Source of the DNA: the human T2T-CHM13v2.0 reference genome, Homo sapiens
Assembly: GCF_009914755.1 (NCBI RefSeq)
Contig: NC_060930.1
Strand: one strand, 5' to 3'
Length of the DNA stretch: 64,000 bases
A program made the translations under genes and the position numbers. The notes beneath the pieces were generated by a model, which was given only the letters and a program-made list of their open reading frames with translations, ran no database searches and was not told where the DNA came from. Of this stretch, positions 57,865 through 64,000 are shown piece by piece. Every line of letters begins with the position of its first letter. The stretch's first letter is position 1.

Positions 57865-58110
57865 AGCTAATAAAAACAGCTAAGAAATACTAGGCACCTG
57901 CTTTCTGTCAGATACTGTGCTATATTCTCTCTCTATATTATCTCATTTAATCCTCCATAAATCCCCAAAAGGTGGGTACGAATGTCCCCATTTCACATAT
58001 GGGGCAACAGAGGGTCAAAGGGGTAGAGTGATCTGCTCAAGGCCTCACAGCTATTATGTAGCATAGTCTTCATTCTAACCCAGGCCCATCTGGCACTAAA
58101 GCCCATGCCT
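57865..58110 (-). mobile_element. MIR SINE
   Basis: TTATCTCATTTAATCCTC...CCCCATTTCACA...GCTCAAGGCCTCACAGCTA. Confidence 0.75.
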
Positions 58111-61100
58111 TTGTTTCACAGATTGCTTGGAAAATGATACTGTGGGTCTTTATAAAAACAAAATCACAATCCTACTGCAATACCACTTTCTGGAGATGGC
58201 CCAGGCTCAGCCAGACCCCAAACATTGTCAATGCCCCACAAAGTAACTTCTCCTTTCAGTTCCATGATCACCAAGGAGGAGCCCTCTTCCCGGCCAGCTC
58301 CCTGTCCTTGCAATGCCAAGGCGAGGAGAAAGGGAGATGGAGTCAGGGAGTTTACTCCCTCAGGCAAGCCAGAATGCTAAATTCCTCTATTGACAGGTAC
58401 TCAGGAATTCCAAATTTCGTCTAAACTCCAACCAATCCTTTTTTGCATGAAGGCTTAATTATAGACACTAGCATTTCAGCTCCAGTGAATTTTCTATGAT
58501 CACCTGCTCATCTGGAAAGACATCATAAGCCAAGAACAGAGAAGGAAGTATTGGTTAAGGTGAGAGCAGTGGCAGCCTTTTACTAAATTATGAAGATATG
58601 TATAATCCATCCCACCCCCCACCACACACACATCTTGTATCAAACATAACAGTGTTTCCCATGTGAGTAGACTAAGTCAGGAGACAAAAACATGTTTTTC
58701 TGGAGTTCAAGTAAAGCCTCCCTTGAATTTCTCCATCCATTCACAATAACATATATGGGTGCCTGCCTTCATATGAGGCAGTGATCCGTATTTTTCTACA
58801 ATGTGAGTCAAAGATCAAAACCCTTTTTTCCCAACAGCCAGACTAAGAGAAAGCCAGAGGAAAGTAGACAGGCTGGTCATTCAATACACACCAAGTGGCC
58901 TCTACCCAGGAACTAAAGGGAAACTCCTATGAATCAGTGTCCTTCAGGTCAGAGCAACAACAGAGGAAGGAGTGGAGGCCAGAGAGGCCTGGGGAGGGAG
59001 AAGTAGTTGGATAGTGGCAGTGCCAAGGGGCCAGAGGATGGCACAGCAGACCCAAGAATACTAGGAAGTTCTCTATCCCAGGCCTCTGAATAGAACCCCC
59101 AGGGGGCCTCCCCTGCTGCCATATATCCCCTCCATTCTCTCTCAAAGGCAGAAAAGGGTCAATTCCTTCCTCTCATCCCATCCCCATGGGGATGTACACA
59201 CACACACACCATGTAAGAAATACACCCCTGCCACAGCAGGCAATTTGCATCACATCTGACTTGGTTTGCAAATCTACTGACATTTCGGTTAACTCTTTTG
59301 TTTAGCAAAAACATAAAATGTTAAATCTGGTTGCAGAAATAGAATAATTAGTAATAGCAATAATGTACTTCTATAATCTAGGACCAAGCAATTCAGTAAA
59401 CAACTAAAATGTTTGCAGGCTACATTTTCTTCTTACAAAATGAAAATGTCCTTAGTGAAACTTATGGGGAAAAAATGAGACATTCTTAATTGAATGTCAT
59501 TGAGAAGATAGAACAGCTAAATTTTAGCTAGGAAAATGTCAATATCTGCGCACCCTTGTGAAGCAACCACAAAGAGGCAGCTTCTTAATCTTCCATCATT
59601 AATTCAGATCAAAGCCTATCTTGAAGTTTTGTGGGCTGAACACTACAGGCCTCACTCATTCAAATCCATCCCTGTCTCTCAGACATCTTTCCCACAACCA
59701 CCTTCCACTTCCACCCCTATACACAGAGAACAGCAGGATGCAGTAGGAGTGACACACCAGCTTTTAATTCTGGCTTCACTACTTACTCAGCATATCTGAG
59801 CCTCAGTTTCCACACCTAAAAATACAAAAAGCAATCTCCGACCCAACCACTGTGCAGAGCCATCAAAGAAGCAAGTCAGGTAACCAATGTGACAGCACTT
59901 TGAAACAGATACGAATTCAGCATTTGTTTAAAAAAATACAAAGTCTGTAAGTTCATGAAAGATGAATTCAAAACCAAATACAGATCCTTTTGATAAAATA
60001 CAATAATAAGGAAAAAGTGTATGAAGAATAAGATTATTTAAGTGAGTATTTAACTGGTATTATGTATTTCAAAAGAGACTAAATCTCCCAGCTCTTCCTT
60101 TTAACTAAGTGTTTTGGTAGTTATAAAATTAGTATTAATACAAATATATCTTCAATTTGTTTTTATAATCATTAAGTTACATGAAAGATCATCTGAAAAG
60201 AACAACTGTGACTCTGATGTTCAATATTATCTTAGTAAAGATTAAACACAATTAAGGATCAAATCTAATTTACGGGTATACATTAGTGCATGATTATTAT
60301 TTTGGAAGATCAAAAGATTAAGTCTATACAAATGCTCCAGAGAGTAAATTATCTTATATTTTCTGAAGCTTGCTAAGTGAAAAGGTGTTTCATTTTATAT
60401 TGTTTGTATTTATATTTTTGTAATACAAAAGTGATTTTGCTAACCAGGAAAATAAATTGTACTCCATAACTATATATGTTATTGGTCAAGTTTTTTTAAA
60501 GCATTCTCTAAAAACTCCTAGTAATAATAATAATATAACACTGGTCTTTAAATAAGTAATTTTTAAAAATTTGAAAACCCAAATTAACCCAGCACAAATA
60601 ATGTACCTAAAAGAGGAAAGCAATATGAACATATTTTAATGTTTGCTGCTTTATGGCAAGGATATGTCGGGTTTTATATTGACAGAATATGTTAACATTT
60701 AAAATCCTTTTTAATTCTAAGAACTACAGTGGTTCTCATAATGGTAAGTTGTTGTGGTTAACATACCATATGCAAACAACAACAAAAAGTATAGGATCTG
60801 CAGTAATTACAATATAGAGCCCCCTTTTTTTTTCATTGACATGAAGGAAGTACTGTATGTCACCTTTGGTATTTAGCCTAACTTTTCTATGAATTCAAAA
60901 GGGGTATTTAGTAGACAGCAAATGTTACATACACTACCAATATAAATTGTCTCTATTTGTTCTGCTTTTAGTAACACAGAAATAGAAGTTTTAACATAGA
61001 AAACTACTTCCTCATATATGTTCAGTGAATCACTCTAAAATACCATGTGAGATTTTCTAGGAAAGCAATGTTCCATCCTAAACTTAGAAAATAAATAAGC

Positions 61101-64000
61101 AGAGAAGCTGTCTTTGCTAAGAAAAAGAAGTTGAGATGTTAAATCTGTCTGATTCCAAAATTTCCAAATTACTCACTAAATCTATTCTCTCTCTTTTACT
61201 TTCCAGACATAATATCAGAATTGTATTAGCTTGCAAGTCTTATTAGAAAGCTAGTTTAAAATACAGTATCATTTAGAACTTTCTATCCTACGAAAGTCTC
61301 CTCACAAAATATCATCTATCCATCAGCCTAATTGAGATCATACACCAATGAGTACTTGACGAACATTAGTGGCAGATTGTTTTTAACGGCACCAGTAAAC
61401 TAGCTCTCAACTATATTTTTGCAAGCTCTACACACAATAATTTTTAACATTTTAAATGTGTCATCATAAATGATACAGTGGCTACGCAGGAAAATGCTAT
61501 TCAAGGATGAAGCACCATGATATCTGTGGCTTACTTTGAAGTGATTTAGCAGGAAAAAAAATACACATTAAAAATAGGCACACATATAGGTAGAGAGAGA
61601 TATAAAGCATATTTTTATAGGAAAATATTAACAGTTGTTGGATGTAGATGATGTGAATATGGATATTCATTTACTTCTCTTTTAACTTTTATATTTGCAA
61701 AGTTTATGTTTTAAAATATTTTTAAATAGGAATTTTATACTCTAGTGGGTTATCTTTAAAAGTGGCAGAATATTTCTTATTTTAAAAATACATGTAGTCT
61801 GAAAACATAAATAGAACCAAGACTCTTAATTTTCTTAGAAATTGTTTTTCATAGTTTATTAGGTGTTCTACATTTTCTTTACATTAAAAACTAAAGCTTT
61901 CCATCTGAACTGGCTATGAATAATTAATAATACTAATTAAACTCAAGAAAATATGAATTCAAGAAAACTCACGTAGGTCTTTACACAGTATACTCCATAT
62001 ATTCTGGACTTTCCCCGACATCCTTGTTACTAGACACTAGTTCCATTCACCTACCCTCTTGAAAATAACCAGAGATCAAGGCCTGTCATACTTAACACTT
62101 ATTTCAAAGCCTGAGGATACTCATAACTTATAAGAAAAATCTTTTTTAAATGTGTAAAGCTAACAGGGTATGTGTGTCTTGCAGAAAATTATGAACTGAT
62201 CAGTGTTTTGTTTTGTTTTCTTTTGTTTTGGAGCAAGGGTTTAATGAAGAGCTATAGAAGCTTCACTGAACCTCGGAGACCCAGAAAAACTAAGGGAATT
62301 TTCGGAATTTACTCATAGTATCTTCTCACTCTCCTCTCCAGATTTTCAGAACATATGGTGGGCATACAGAAGTCAGTAAAAAGCATCAAGGCGTATACCA
62401 CCTGCCTCTAAAATCATCCAGTTTTCCTATATGCCCTGTTGCAACTGCTTATTAAAACAAGGTTGCTAAATAATTCATTGTTGCTTTTGTTAGATAATAA
62501 TAACTTATTTTTTAGGCATATTTTAACTTCAGCAATAAATCAGGAAATTAGAAAATCAACGAGCTTATGAATGTTGCCTCCACCAAAACATCACAACCTC
62601 ATTTGACCAAGGCTTATTTTAAAACCTCTACTTTCATGACATGAAAATCCCTTTAAAATGTATGCTATTGAAACGTTTAAATTTGAAAAACATCTGGCAT
62701 GTCAAACTATTTGGGAGCTTGTGGTTTTAAGTACTTTGTTTGAGGTGGTGTATTTAGAAAGAATTCACTTGTCATTCTCAGGCTTCATAGGGAAGTAGCC
62801 CTAAAAAACAAATGTATGTGGTAGTTCACTACAACCATGGAGAATCAATAGCCATCTATTTAATTTGCTAAGACAATGTAAATTAGTAACTTCCAGCCAG
62901 ATGTGTGATATGCACATCAAACAAACTGCAACCTGTTCATTATGAAAATCCTGTCAACACACACTGAGCCACTTGATGACATTTCGTCTAAAGCAATTTC
63001 CACATTTGCAGCTATAAAAATTGTCCTAAGAATTTTTCTACAAGAAATTGAAGCTGAGACTCATAAAAGGGTAATCAATTTCAGCTTTTCATCTTGTGTG
63101 CTGTGTATATATGCTTCTGTGTGTTTATTTCCATTTTCATTCAGAGGTATAAAATGTTTTAACAATGTGCACCATGCTCTTTTTCCTTCTATTAATCATG
63201 TATTTATCCTCATTACATCTTTTTAAATGTGATGTAAAGTTGATCATCTAATTATACAGTTCTGAAGGAGTATGTAAAGTCAGGAATGACAGAATCAACA
63301 GAAGAAGAAATGTACACTTATCTACTGGAAAACAAAACAGAATATTTCAAAATGACTCCAAACATAAATTAAGTTTACCCATTGGGAGGTCTAACTTGCA
63401 TTTGGATCATTTATATGGGTCTGTGTGACTATATACCCTGCTGTTTGATAAAAAATGATTACTAACCACAGGCACCCACCAGAGAACAGAGTGTATGTGT
63501 AATGCTTGTGATGTCTCAGACATACAAAGCACCTTCTTAAAGAATGTCCGTTTCCTTTCCATGGTAAGCGGACATAATTTTTCACCCTTTAATACTACTG
63601 TTTCACGGAGGGGGCTATTTTATGTATTATGCTTTGCCATTCTCTCTTGCATTTATTTTAATAATATGAAGAACTGTATTCATGAAATTGATAGTTTTGT
63701 TTCATGAAACCCAAAATGTTGGTGAATTTTGTTTTGTATTAAAATACACAGCCTTCTTGATATTACAAGAATTATATAATATTAACACCGTTTACTAAGA
63801 TAAAAAAATTAAAAGATTATTCCTAATTGCCAGCTACTATTCTTGAATGTTGAATCCTCATCTAAGCCAAATTCATTTTCTAAGTCTATTGAATTAAATT
63901 TTTTTATTAAACAAGACACAGAACAAATAGTCTCACTGCCAAGCATAATATTTCCAACTACTACATTTTTAATTTGGCAATTTAAAACAACGTGAAACGA

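Overview
Primate (almost certainly human) genomic DNA carrying the 3' half of SIM1, a bHLH-PAS transcription factor gene, on the minus strand. Three coding exons are present: 38720-38552 (169 nt), 11651-11249 (403 nt) and 8853-8123 (731 nt, including the stop). All have canonical AG/GT boundaries and splice in frame into the SIM1 C-terminal half (DTEYKGLQ...SPYPQ|YSGFHTE...HRIHG|RGHWDED...VIITNGS*). A long AT-rich 3' UTR runs toward roughly 2.5-3.4 kb; its end cannot be fixed from sequence. The bHLH/PAS exons lie beyond the right end of the window. The rest is intron or downstream flank filled with Alu, L1, L2, MIR, LTR (THE1, MER41-like) and DNA-transposon (MER8, MER44, MER5A) remnants and microsatellites. 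Nearly all other ORFs in the track are repeat-derived or chance. I found no convincing new gene or new system. The best leads are: a patchwork templated-insertion scar with a 32-bp hairpin at 1.2-1.56 kb; a possible SIM2s-like short isoform made by intronic polyadenylation; a candidate poison exon behind a ~290-nt pure pyrimidine tract; inverted Alu pairs bracketing exons; a diverged ~225-bp local duplication; and several repeat-free, motif-dense intronic blocks that may be enhancers. Repeat family names come from recalled consensus sequences, and boundaries of old repeats are approximate.
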